Positions 19,591-27,989 of a DNA stretch of 29,291 nt are shown here, piece after piece. Under the pieces are notes generated by a model that saw nothing but the letters and a program-made list of their open reading frames with translations, ran no database searches and was not told the origin of the DNA. A program made the position numbers and the translations under genes. Position 1 is the stretch's first letter, and every line of letters starts with the position of its first letter. The stretch covers positions 1 to 29,291 of the forward strand of contig CAZZDL010000010.1 of assembly GCA_964652335.1 (NCBI GenBank). The letters run 5' to 3'. The stretch is from Candidatus Micrarchaeota archaeon. GTDB taxonomy: Archaea > B1Sed10-29 > WALL01 > WAMD01.

Positions 19591-20084
19591 TCTATCTCCT
19601 CCATTCGGCCTAATATTTTATTCGCAAAGCTTTTAATTCTTTTGTCAATTTTGACCTCAACGAGGCCAACGTCTGGTTGTCCGTAGTATAGATATTCACC
19701 CACCTTCATCTCCATAATTGCTGGCAATGCCATGAGATCTTCCTCACCGACTATTTCTATCCTTGCTGGATATTTCCCTTCTTCAATTATCAACTTAACA
19801 GCTTCCCATGCACTCTCACTTATGTGTCCTGCTGGGTTTTCCACTCTAATAATCCACTTTCCGAAATTGTTTACAACTTTTGCAATATCTTCACTTATAG
19901 GGTTTCTTTTTACCTTGTTGTCAATTATTATAAGCTTTGGCTTTTTTCCAGCTGTTATTAAGTTATACGATGATTCGTCACCCACCACTATAGCGTTTTC
20001 CTTAGCTTCCTCAGGCTTTATTATTGGACCCATGGGCTTCTTTAATTCTTCCCTTGCATCGCTGCTTAATTTTCTCAATTTCAT
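19581..20084 (-). CDS. GTP-dependent dephospho-CoA kinase (DUF359 family)
   Basis: VVGD, IIDNKVKR, NPAGHI, GEEDLMALP, YGQP; conserved position between spt4 and rps24e. Confidence 0.9.
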   Translation of the reverse strand: MKLRKLSSDAREELKKPMGPIIKPEEAKENAIVVGDESSYNLITAGKKPKLIIIDNKVKRNPISEDIAKVVNNFGKWIIRVENPAGHISESAWEAVKLIIEEGKYPARIEIVGEEDLMALPAIMEMKVGEYLYYGQPDVGLVEVKIDKRIKSFANKILGRMEEIEWR

Positions 20085-20272
20085 TTTCCGACCCTCAATG
20101 CATATTTTCCTGGCGTGGTAAGTCCAAGTAGCTTTGCCACTTCAGAGTTTTCAGGATCTATAACAACTATAGTCCCCTTCCAATTAGTTGTTAAGTCCCC
20201 CCCACAATAAGGGCATTTCCTACCCTTTTCAACTATTCTTTTACATGATTTACATGCCTTGTACGAGGTCAT
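20081..20272 (-). CDS. spt4: Transcription elongation factor Spt4 (RpoE'')
   Basis: KACKSC...CPYCG, WKG, DPENSEVAK, PGKYALRV. Confidence 0.96.
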   Translation of the reverse strand: MTSYKACKSCKRIVEKGRKCPYCGGDLTTNWKGTIVVIDPENSEVAKLLGLTTPGKYALRVGK

Positions 20273-20844
20273 TTTTTCTCACCTTTCTTCTTCTTTTTTC
20301 TCTTCTTCTTTTCTTCCTCTATCCATTCTAACTTTCCTAGACCTTCTTGTCTCATCGTTAATCCAATCTTACTCTCAGTTATTACAGGCTTAAGGCTGAC
20401 ACTAACTATCCTTGCCCTGACGATATCTCCTTCCTTTAATACTCTTTTTGTCTCTTTTCCTGCTAGGACACCCGTTTTTTCATTAAATGATATGAAATCA
20501 TCAGTTACTTGAGATACGTGGACAAGACCATCTATCGGACCCATTTTCACGAATGCTCCAAATTGAGTTATCTCGGAGACTTTCCCAGTTATTACTTCGT
20601 GAAGGATCGGTTTGTATACAACGGCTTCAAATTCTACATCATGATAGGTCGCTCCATCTCCAGGGATTATTCTACCTTCACCTATTTTCTTGACCCCAGT
20701 GACTGCTAGAAGCAAACCCAAATCCTTGTCAACTTTGCCTTCATATGACTCCCTAAGAACCTGGAGCGCAGATTCCTTTAATGGGTTTCCAAATTCCTTT
20801 GGAGGGACTCTTATTGTATCAACCAGCTTAACCATCTTATACAT
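20269..20844 (-). CDS. rpoE: RNA polymerase subunit E' (Rpo7)
   Basis: IRVPPKEFG, IIPGDGA, FGAFVKMGPIDGLVHVSQ, GLTMRQEGLGK. Confidence 0.97.
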   Translation of the reverse strand: MYKMVKLVDTIRVPPKEFGNPLKESALQVLRESYEGKVDKDLGLLLAVTGVKKIGEGRIIPGDGATYHDVEFEAVVYKPILHEVITGKVSEITQFGAFVKMGPIDGLVHVSQVTDDFISFNEKTGVLAGKETKRVLKEGDIVRARIVSVSLKPVITESKIGLTMRQEGLGKLEWIEEEKKKRKKKKKGEKK

Positions 20845-20846
20845 AT

Positions 20847-21227
20847 TTACCACCCTATGAATCCATCAACATCTAATTTCTTTTTTGATCTGATATACAC
20901 AACAGGTATCCCATATTTCCTCAGTCTCTCTCTAAGTTTGAGGTCCACTGTAGCTGCTATACATTTTTTGTTTATAGCTATCTCTAACACAGCGTCATCT
21001 GCGTTTTTATTAGATGGGATCACCTCATATTCAAACGCATTTAACAGTTTCAATCCAACACCTCTTTTCTTCAACTTTAGTTCCCTAAACACAGACTCGG
21101 GAACTATCAACTTAAATTTCCTTCCAATGATTCTTTCTAGTTCTGATTTGATATCAATGTTCATCTCTATGGCAGCCAGTAGTATGCTAGTGTCTACTAC
21201 CACCTCATACGATCTTTCCATAGCCAA
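20847..21227 (-). CDS. PIN-domain protein (Fcf1/Utp24-like)
   Basis: [23 protein letters not shown]; conserved position between aIF2gamma and rpoE'. Confidence 0.9.
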   Translation of the reverse strand: MAMERSYEVVVDTSILLAAIEMNIDIKSELERIIGRKFKLIVPESVFRELKLKKRGVGLKLLNAFEYEVIPSNKNADDAVLEIAINKKCIAATVDLKLRERLRKYGIPVVYIRSKKKLDVDGFIGW

Positions 21228-22404
21228 CTAGTCTCCACCTTCCACCTATTTTTCTACTTATTGCTGCGATCCATCCCTTGTCTCCACATATTGGTCTCTT
21301 TAACTGTACAGTAAGTGGCTTTAGATTGGTTATTCGCCCTATTGTAACAGCAGTCCCAACGGTTAACACTATGACTTCATCTTTCTTGAATGGCTCAATC
21401 TTTTCGGCCCCAACCACTCTTTCAAATAACTTAAAGTCTAGCTTTATTTCATTGAGAGTCGGGGGCAGTTTACCCTTTTTACCCAATATGTTCCCAACCA
21501 TTTGATCATCTTTTGTAAATGCAGGATCTAGGTTTGTGGCCACTGCTATCAATCCACCGGGCAGTGCTTCTTCAAGCTTTTCCCTGCCTGCACTTAAACC
21601 CTCAACTTTCGTTTCAACTGGGACCCATTTTCCATCTATGTACATCCCTGGCCTTAACTCAACAGTATCTCCAACTTTCAGTTTACCCTGAATTATTGAA
21701 CCACCAACTACACCACCAACTAGTTTATTTACTGGCGTTCCTGGCTTGTTGACATCAAAGCTTCTCACTACATACATTAATGGATCCTTTTCTAGATCTC
21801 TTTCAGGTGTTGGTATTACTTTTTCTATTGCTTCTATTAGTTTGTCTAGGTTTACTTTATGATTCGCCGCCATCGGGATTATCGGAGCATTTTCAGCCAC
21901 TGTCCCTTTGACAAATTCCTTTATCTGCTTATAGTTTTTCATTGCCTCTTCTTTGGTTACTAGATCTATCTTGTTTTGAACTATTATTATCTTGTTTATT
22001 CCCAGCACATTTAGAGCCATCAAATGCTCGTATGTCTGCGGTTGTGGAACTTCTTCATTGGCTGCTATCACAAGTATCGCTCCATCCATCAAAGCAGCAC
22101 CTGATAACATCACTGTTACTAGCGTTTCGTGCCCTGGAGCGTCAACTATTGCTATTTTTCTTCTAAGTTCTGTTTCTCCACCACAGTATGGACATTTCTT
22201 CTCTACTGTGTACTTATTGCACTTTTTACACTGTCTTATATCTACGTCAGCGTAGCCAAGCTTTATTGTTATACCCCTCTTTAACTCCTCGCTATGTGTA
22301 TCTGTCCATTTCCCAGTTAGAGCATAAGTTATCGTTGTCTTCCCATGATCCACGTGCCCAACTAGCCCTATGTTCACCTGTGCTTGTTTGCTTTTATACT
22401 GCAT
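21205..22404 (-). CDS. eif2g: Translation initiation factor aIF2 gamma
   Basis: [19 protein letters not shown], Zn ribbon, [19 protein letters not shown]. Confidence 0.98.
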   Translation of the reverse strand: MQYKSKQAQVNIGLVGHVDHGKTTITYALTGKWTDTHSEELKRGITIKLGYADVDIRQCKKCNKYTVEKKCPYCGGETELRRKIAIVDAPGHETLVTVMLSGAALMDGAILVIAANEEVPQPQTYEHLMALNVLGINKIIIVQNKIDLVTKEEAMKNYKQIKEFVKGTVAENAPIIPMAANHKVNLDKLIEAIEKVIPTPERDLEKDPLMYVVRSFDVNKPGTPVNKLVGGVVGGSIIQGKLKVGDTVELRPGMYIDGKWVPVETKVEGLSAGREKLEEALPGGLIAVATNLDPAFTKDDQMVGNILGKKGKLPPTLNEIKLDFKLFERVVGAEKIEPFKKDEVIVLTVGTAVTIGRITNLKPLTVQLKRPICGDKGWIAAISRKIGGRWRLVGYGKIV

Positions 22405-22408
22405 TCAC

Positions 22409-22798
22409 TCACTCCTTTTTTTCTTCCTTCTTCTCAAACAGCTTATCTAATTTTTCTGCACCAGCCTTTATTACCTTGGTGTTCACTTGAACTATGTCCT
22501 CTGCAATGGTGTTGCCTCTCACTGTTTTCCTTTTTCTTTCACCTTTTCTCTTTGGGTGGAAACCTGTCCCACCTGAGAGAAGAACTCTTTTCCTAGATGT
22601 CCCATGTAGATCTGACCTCATTGGAAAACCATCTTTGTCTGATCCTCCTGTTATCACTAGTTCGTACCCTGCTAGACCTAGCTGATCTCCCTTTATCTTA
22701 TCTCCTATCTTCATACCATACAATACCTTGGCCTGGTTCTTGTCCAGTTCCTTTTGGTAGCTTTTCCCAGTTTCTGGATCTGAAACAACCAATTTCAT
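22409..22798 (-). CDS. rps6e: 30S ribosomal protein S6e
   Basis: ITGGSDKDGFPMR, GERKRKTVRGN. Confidence 0.98.
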   Translation of the reverse strand: MKLVVSDPETGKSYQKELDKNQAKVLYGMKIGDKIKGDQLGLAGYELVITGGSDKDGFPMRSDLHGTSRKRVLLSGGTGFHPKRKGERKRKTVRGNTIAEDIVQVNTKVIKAGAEKLDKLFEKKEEKKE

Positions 22799-22804
22799 TT
22801 TCTA

Positions 22805-24565
22805 TCACTCCTTAATTCTTTTTTCAATCTGTTTTATTTCTTTTAGTAGTTCCTCTTCTTCGGTCATATTTTCTCTTTGGAAAAGGGTTAGTAGGTCATT
22901 TATCTTATCTAGTGGAATAAAGTTGTACAATACATCTCCTTCATTAATGTTTCTACCTATCACCCCACCATCTATACTAACAGCTACTTGCATTCCAGCC
23001 TTTGCTTCTTGAACGTTTTCTCCCTTGTCCTGGATCTCCTTTATCTTACCAACGATTTCTCCGGATCCATTTATGAGCCTTGCCCCAGGTCTTAGTATTC
23101 CGGAGATAATCTCAACACCACATATGGCTGGCTTAGATTTTCTGAATACATAACCTGGTAGAATCTTTACCTTAACAGGATACATGTTTGAGGAGAGCAA
23201 CCCTTGTTTCTCTTTTTCTCTTTCAGCCTCTTTCCAGCCCTTATATGTTTCGAGCAGCGTATAAATAACGTTACTCTCAAAGATCGGGACGTCCAGTCTC
23301 TCTGCCTCCTCTAAGGCATCCTCGGTCACGCCCGTATTGAATGCAAAGATTACCCCTAGATAATTATCTTTTTGCTTCACTGAATACGCTTTCATTACAT
23401 CCTTTTTGTTTACCTTTCCTATACTACCAGATTTAACAGGAATTTCTTCTGTCTCCAGTAATTTCACCATAGCTTCTAAACTTCCTAATGTATCTGCTTT
23501 AACTATTACTCCATTTATCTCCTTTTCAAATTCTATCTCTTCGATCTCTCCCTTTATCTCCTCTATAGCCTCCTTTGGGTCTCCCCAGACACAGATTACA
23601 CTACCCCCTGGTAACGCATTGTCCAGGTTAGGAGCCGCGATTTTAATACCACATGCGGCGTGAACTTCTTTTACAGAATTAAATCTCTGTTTTGGGTCTC
23701 TTATTTCTTGTAACGGTTTTGGCCTAAGTAATGCCCGAACCTTAGTTTGTATCGGACCCTGCATTCCAGCCAAAACAATTGTATCGCCAGTTCTTATTTT
23801 TCCTTCATAGAGTATTATGTCTATGGTTGTTCCTAAGCCCTGCACTTCCTTTACTTCTAGTATTGAGCCCCTTCCGGGCTTTTCAATATCTATGTCCAGC
23901 TTTTTCTCCATGAACTTTTGAGACAACCCAGATGCATACAGCAGGAGATCAGGTATTCCCTCACCTGTCTTGGCGGATGTTGGGATTATCAATATTTGCT
24001 TAGTAAAGTCTGAAACTCTGTCAAATCTTTCTGAATTAAACCCAAGTTCGTACAGCTTTCCTACTAGCTCATATATCTTGTTCTCTAACTCAAGTTTTAC
24101 TTTTTCTTCCTGCTTGTTAAAGCTCTCTAAGAAGAAAGCCCCATTGTGAGAAACCCAACCGTTTAGCATATCTATCTTATTCGCTGCCACGATGAATGGA
24201 ACCTTATACGTTTTTAGAATGTCTATCGCTTCTAGGGTTTGAGGTTGGAGACCTTGATTTATGTCTATAACGAGGATTGCAAGATCTGCTATGCTTCCAC
24301 CACGTTTCCTTAGATTTGTAAACGCCTCGTGTCCAGGGGTGTCTATAAACAGCAGGCCAGGAATAGTTAACTCTATTCCAAGCTTTTTTAATTTATCTCC
24401 ACATATCTCCTCAATATTCTTCTTTGGTATCTCTGTTGCACCAATGTGCTGTGTTATCTTTCCAGCCTCTCTTTCAGCGACAGTTGTTCCTCTGATGTAA
24501 TCTAGTAAAGTCGTCTTCCCATGGTCCACGTGACCAAGGACTGTGATTATTGGTTGTCTTATCAT
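22805..24565 (-). CDS. infB: Translation initiation factor aIF5B (IF-2)
   Basis: [55 protein letters not shown]. Confidence 0.98.
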   Translation of the reverse strand: MIRQPIITVLGHVDHGKTTLLDYIRGTTVAEREAGKITQHIGATEIPKKNIEEICGDKLKKLGIELTIPGLLFIDTPGHEAFTNLRKRGGSIADLAILVIDINQGLQPQTLEAIDILKTYKVPFIVAANKIDMLNGWVSHNGAFFLESFNKQEEKVKLELENKIYELVGKLYELGFNSERFDRVSDFTKQILIIPTSAKTGEGIPDLLLYASGLSQKFMEKKLDIDIEKPGRGSILEVKEVQGLGTTIDIILYEGKIRTGDTIVLAGMQGPIQTKVRALLRPKPLQEIRDPKQRFNSVKEVHAACGIKIAAPNLDNALPGGSVICVWGDPKEAIEEIKGEIEEIEFEKEINGVIVKADTLGSLEAMVKLLETEEIPVKSGSIGKVNKKDVMKAYSVKQKDNYLGVIFAFNTGVTEDALEEAERLDVPIFESNVIYTLLETYKGWKEAEREKEKQGLLSSNMYPVKVKILPGYVFRKSKPAICGVEIISGILRPGARLINGSGEIVGKIKEIQDKGENVQEAKAGMQVAVSIDGGVIGRNINEGDVLYNFIPLDKINDLLTLFQRENMTEEEELLKEIKQIEKRIKE

Positions 24566-24566
24566 C

Positions 24567-24597
24567 TAATCCCCTCAGTTGCCCGAGGTTCACTCCA
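24567..24597 (-). promoter_or_regulatory. Kink-turn candidate with GNRA-capped hairpin covering the aIF5B SD
   Basis: UGG-AGU-GA-A-CCUCGG-GCAA-CUGAGG-G-GA-UUA, ending 1 nt before the AUG. Confidence 0.6.
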
Positions 24598-24600
24598 CAG

Positions 24601-25062
24601 CTAGAGTTCGTCTTCACTGTAGACGAACTTGTCCATTATTCTTTCCCATTCTATTAGTTCATTGTCATTGAAAAACCGCTTTATTTCAATTTCTGCCGTT
24701 TCTACGCTATCCGATGCGTGTATTATGTTTTTTGACACACTCATTGAATAGTCTCCTCTTATGCTTCCTGGTTCTGCCTCTCTGCCATTTGTTTTACCAA
24801 CTACTTTCCTTACCACGGTTACAGCATCCTTTCCTTCCCAGACAGTTGCTATAACTGGACCAGACTTCATAAAGTTAAGGAGATTTGGGAAAAATGGTTT
24901 GTCTAAGTGATGCTTGTAATGTTCCTTTAGTATATCATCGTTTAGCTTTATCATTTTCATTGCAATTAGCTTCAGTCCTTTCTTCTCTAGTCTGGATATT
25001 ACTTCTCCCACTATTCCTCTCTGGAGTGTATCAGGCTTTAGCATCACGAACGTTCTCTCCAT
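24601..25062 (-). CDS. ndk: Nucleoside diphosphate kinase
   Basis: ERTFVMLKPD, SGPV, PGSIRGDY, NIIHASDS; ATG 25062 follows SD AGGTGG. Confidence 0.98.
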   Translation of the reverse strand: MERTFVMLKPDTLQRGIVGEVISRLEKKGLKLIAMKMIKLNDDILKEHYKHHLDKPFFPNLLNFMKSGPVIATVWEGKDAVTVVRKVVGKTNGREAEPGSIRGDYSMSVSKNIIHASDSVETAEIEIKRFFNDNELIEWERIMDKFVYSEDEL

Positions 25063-25384
25063 TTTTCCCACCTTTCTTTTTTGCTTTCTTTTCCAGCTTC
25101 TTTTTCTTCCTCAGCTCTCTCCTCTCTTTCTTGCTGAGCTTCTTCTTTTTCTTTTTCTCCACCTTTTCCTCAGCTCTCTCCTTTTTCCTCTCCTTTCCAT
25201 AGAGTCTTATCTTTTTCTCTAGGTGATAGCTTTCTGTCCATTTAACCTTCTGTGGACTCCTCTTTAGGACAAGCATGTTTCTTTCACATTTTGAGGAGCA
25301 AAATGTTAGAAAGCTTCCATCTTCTCTGACCACTATCTTTGCTCTTCCAGGAGCTATATCAGCTCCACAGAAACTACACTTCAT
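25031..25384 (-). CDS. rpl24e: 50S ribosomal protein L24e with long Lys/Arg-rich tail
   Basis: CSFCG, FCSSKCERN, PQKVKWT. Confidence 0.96.
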   Translation of the reverse strand: MKCSFCGADIAPGRAKIVVREDGSFLTFCSSKCERNMLVLKRSPQKVKWTESYHLEKKIRLYGKERKKERAEEKVEKKKKKKLSKKERRELRKKKKLEKKAKKKGGKNGENVRDAKA

Positions 25385-25388
25385 AGTA

Positions 25389-25601
25389 TCACCTTGCCCT
25401 TATTGGTTTTGCCTCTGTCTTTGTGTCAAGCAATATTATTATATCACCTACTTTTACGGGCCCTTTAACGTTCCTTCTGAGTATTCTCCCTTTATCTGGC
25501 CCATCTAGTATTTTGCACATTACTTGGTGAATCTCCCCATATACTCCAGTCCTACCAAGTATCTCCATTATCTCGGCAGGAACGCCTTCACTCAATACCA
25601 T
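25389..25601 (-). CDS. rps28e: 30S ribosomal protein S28e
   Basis: [24 protein letters not shown]. Confidence 0.97.
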   Translation of the reverse strand: MVLSEGVPAEIMEILGRTGVYGEIHQVMCKILDGPDKGRILRRNVKGPVKVGDIIILLDTKTEAKPIRAR

Positions 25602-25611
25602 ATTTTACACC

Positions 25612-25959
25612 TCATTTCTTAAGCTCATTGACTTTTGATATTATACTCGCTACTATGTCCTTTGCATCTCCTTCCTCAAGTATTGCTATTGAAGAGGTAG
25701 GAACCTTTATCCCAGATGCCTTCCCTAGTTCTTCTTTAGATGGCACATTTACGTATATTATTCCCTTTTCATCACACAAGACTGGAAGGTGCATTACGAT
25801 CTCCTTCGGAGAAACGTCTGATGCAATTATGACAAGCTTTGCTTTTTCCCTTTCCACTGCCTTTGTTGTTTCATTTACACCCCTTTTAACCTTTCCAGTC
25901 TTTGAAGCTACCTCCACAGCTTTGTATACATCCTTTACCAGTTCTTCTGGTATTTCCAT
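25612..25959 (-). CDS. rpl7ae: 50S ribosomal protein L7Ae (kink-turn-binding protein)
   Basis: KRGVNETTKAVER, IASDVSPKEIVMHLP, SKEELGKASGI. True start is ATG 25959 after SD GGAGGTGA. Confidence 0.97.
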   Translation of the reverse strand: MEIPEELVKDVYKAVEVASKTGKVKRGVNETTKAVEREKAKLVIIASDVSPKEIVMHLPVLCDEKGIIYVNVPSKEELGKASGIKVPTSSIAILEEGDAKDIVASIISKVNELKK

Positions 25960-25961
25960 TT

Positions 25962-25988
25962 TCTCACCTCCTATCATCGGATCATTGA
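25962..25988 (-). promoter_or_regulatory. Box C/D-like kink-turn candidate in the rpl7ae leader, using the SD as its second strand
   Basis: UC-AAU-GA-U-CC ... GG-U-GA-GA: tandem sheared G.A pairs, a U.U pair and two C-G pairs; only a 2-bp canonical stem. Confidence 0.55.
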
Positions 25989-25992
25989 TTTG

Positions 25993-26076
25993 ATAGCCCC
26001 GGGCAGATCCGAAGGGCCTTTTAGAAAAGCCCCGGGAAAACTGGAACCTGCCCGGAATAGGGGACACAAGGTCCCC
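25993..26076 (-). repeat. Two degenerate copies of the tRNA-Gln 3' end plus hairpins
   Basis: 25993-26018 matches 26079-26104 at 22/26 positions; 26028-26048 keeps GGTTC-N7-CCCGGGGCT; hairpin GGGGAC-CTTGT-GTCCCC at 26060-26076. Confidence 0.8.
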
Positions 26077-26079
26077 AAA

Positions 26080-26152
26080 TAGCCCCGGGCGGATTCGAAC
26101 CGCCGTCGCGAGGTCCAGAGCCTCGCATGCTTGGCCGCTACACCACGGGGCT
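26080..26152 (-). tRNA. tRNA-Gln(CTG)
   Basis: AGCCCCG/CGGGGCT+A (A1-U72, typical of archaeal Gln), anticodon arm CGAGG-CTCTGGA-CCTCG, T arm GGCGG-TTCGAAT-CCGCC. Confidence 0.97.
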
Positions 26153-26959
26153 TCACGTGAATATTATTGATGCGTATCCTACGCATGTGGGTTCCCCAGT
26201 TACATCGCTTGACGTTGAGTAGTCTACTAGTATACCTCTTGTTGCTCCTCTCTCACTTGCGAATACAGCAGCAGTTGCTATTGCGCCATATCCACATGCA
26301 CTAACATTCTTTTCTGATATCCTCTTGTAAAACTCTCTGACGTCTAAATTGGTTATCGCCTCTATTGCATACTTGTCATTTTTCTCAGCTTCCTCTACAG
26401 GTACATAATGGCTGAAATCACTTGAAGCTAAGACAAATGTATTCTCTGGAAGTATATCTGCTAAGGCTTTACCCAATTCTGCAGCAGTGCTCATACTTTG
26501 GTCACCAAGCATTATTGGAACAATGTCAAAATCTTTTAGGAAGTATTGCGCCAATGGCAATTGTACTTCTATAGAATGTTCCATTGCATGGGCTTCAGGG
26601 TCTGTTACAGCAGAGGTTACAGACTCACTGATCTTGTTCGCTATTTCTTTGTTGATCTTTACTTCCCCAATTGGTGTTATCCAATTTCCATTGTTATATA
26701 CTGCGATTTCGTTCTTATAGGAAGCAACACCCACATGGTCCGGACCTATTATCACAAGTGTTTTTGGATTGGTGTTTCTTATAACCTTAAATGTTTTTGC
26801 AGCTGTTCTCCCAGAATATATGTAACCTGCATGTGGGCTTACTCCGGCAATGGCTGTTAGGCTAGTCTCTCCACTGGACGAATCTAGCTCTGACAACAGA
26901 GCCATTAGCTCATCCTTTCTGTCAGGATAGAACTGCCCAGCCACTGCAGGCTCTCTCAT
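26153..26959 (-). CDS. MEMO1-family protein (AmmeMemoRadiSam B)
   Basis: REPAVAGQFYP, PHAGYIYSG, EHSIEVQLP, ASSDFSHY, SACGYG, VGYAS. Confidence 0.95.
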   Translation of the reverse strand: MREPAVAGQFYPDRKDELMALLSELDSSSGETSLTAIAGVSPHAGYIYSGRTAAKTFKVIRNTNPKTLVIIGPDHVGVASYKNEIAVYNNGNWITPIGEVKINKEIANKISESVTSAVTDPEAHAMEHSIEVQLPLAQYFLKDFDIVPIMLGDQSMSTAAELGKALADILPENTFVLASSDFSHYVPVEEAEKNDKYAIEAITNLDVREFYKRISEKNVSACGYGAIATAAVFASERGATRGILVDYSTSSDVTGEPTCVGYASIIFT

Positions 26960-27663
26960 TTTTGGCTCACCATCTCAAATTCCTCTAATGGGACCTTGAA
27001 ATCTGATTTTTTCTTTATCACACCTCTTCTTAGTAGGATTTCTCTTGCTAGTATCCAGTAAAGCAATGCCAAGCTTTTTTTACCTTTGTTGTTTGCTGGT
27101 ATTATCAAATCAACGTCCTTTAGATTGTTGTTCGTATCACATATTGCTACCACAGGTATCATTACTTTTCTAGCCTCTACTAGTGCTTGCTTGTCTATTG
27201 CTGGATCTCCGACAAATACAACGTCAACCTCAACGAAGTTTGGATTGTTTGGGTTTGTAAGTGTTCCAGGTATGAACCTTTTTACAACAGCTTTTGCTCC
27301 AATTAATTCTGCGAATTTCTTTGCAGGTTTTCTAGCATAAACCCTTGACGCCACAACTAGTATCTTGTCCGGATCGTATTTTGACAGGAAGTCAGCAACT
27401 ATTTTTATTCTTTCATCTATAGTTTTCACATCAAGTATGTGCAAACCATCTTGTCTTGTTTTGTATATATATGGTTTCATGTGTCCGCTCTTGAACTGGG
27501 ATCCTATGTGTATTCCTGCTTTTAGATAGTCCTCAAGCGGGACTAATAGATTGTCAGTTTGCTTATCAGTAACTTTTTCATCCTTGATCTTCTTTACACG
27601 ACTTGTTCTAGGTTTTGTCTTTCTTGGTTTTCTCCTTTGTGTTCTCCTTCTTTTTTCCACCAT
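26956..27663 (-). CDS. rps2: 30S ribosomal protein S2 with basic N-terminal extension
   Basis: YLKAGIHIG, RFIPGTLTNP, ICDTNN, IPANNKGKKSL. Start ATG 27663 after SD GGGGTGG; the longer track ORF overlaps the tRNA. Confidence 0.97.
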   Translation of the reverse strand: MVEKRRRTQRRKPRKTKPRTSRVKKIKDEKVTDKQTDNLLVPLEDYLKAGIHIGSQFKSGHMKPYIYKTRQDGLHILDVKTIDERIKIVADFLSKYDPDKILVVASRVYARKPAKKFAELIGAKAVVKRFIPGTLTNPNNPNFVEVDVVFVGDPAIDKQALVEARKVMIPVVAICDTNNNLKDVDLIIPANNKGKKSLALLYWILAREILLRRGVIKKKSDFKVPLEEFEMVSQK

Positions 27664-27683
27664 CTTACCACCCCATAAAAGAG

Positions 27684-27781
27684 TGGGGCCGCCGAGAAAT
27701 TCGGGCATTCATCGAATGCCCTTCGAACTCGGGTCACCGGCACCCCAAGCCGGGAGGATGGCCTGGCTACCCTACGGCCCC
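27684..27781 (-). tRNA. tRNA-Pro(GGG) with a 24-nt intron in the T-loop (position 59/60)
   Basis: GGGGCCG/CGGCCCC+A, anticodon arm CCGGC-TTGGGGT-GCCGG; T arm CCGAG-TTCGAA[intron]T-CTCGG. Confidence 0.95.
27698..27721 (-). other. Non-canonical BHB tRNA intron
   Basis: CCGAG-TTCG-AA^G-GGCATTC-GAT-GAATGCC-CGAA-TT^T-CTCGG forms a strict helix-bulge-helix-bulge-helix. Confidence 0.92.
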
Positions 27782-27782
27782 A

Positions 27783-27980
27783 CTAAACTCTCTTGTACTT
27801 TGCAACAGTTGGCATTAGTTCAACATGGCTTAGGAACATCCTCCTGCAACAGTATCGTGTGTATCCAAGTTGATCCAGGACCTTCTCTGGCTTTTCCCCC
27901 TTTTCTACTTTGTCAAGGAATTTATCCCAATCCTTGCCTATTACAGCCCCACACGTAAAACATCTTATCGGAAATTTCAT
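27783..27980 (-). CDS. rpoN: RNA polymerase subunit N (Rpo10)
   Basis: [22 protein letters not shown]. Confidence 0.98.
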   Translation of the reverse strand: MKFPIRCFTCGAVIGKDWDKFLDKVEKGEKPEKVLDQLGYTRYCCRRMFLSHVELMPTVAKYKRV

Positions 27981-27989
27981 TTTCTCACC

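Noticed and set aside
25070..25200. Pyrimidine-rich low-complexity tract as a repeat or terminator
   Set aside because: Explained by AAA/AAG/GAG/AGA codons of the L24e tail on the minus strand.
25960..26067. 36-aa N-terminal extension of L7Ae in the ORF track
   Set aside because: It runs through the tRNA-derived repeats; a perfect SD GGAGGTGA precedes ATG 25959.
25993..26076. Second, split or intron-containing tRNA, or an H/ACA guide RNA, after tRNA-Gln
   Set aside because: There is no 5' acceptor strand, D arm or anticodon arm. A loose BHB-like pairing does not yield a tRNA on splicing, and there is no k-loop or ACA box.
25974..26186. 70-aa minus-strand ORF with a repeated SARGY peptide
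   Set aside because: It is a translation of tRNA-Gln and its duplicated 3' end, not a protein.
27664..27708. Upstream start for rps2 (MPEFLGG...)
   Set aside because: It lies inside the tRNA-Pro gene and its intron.
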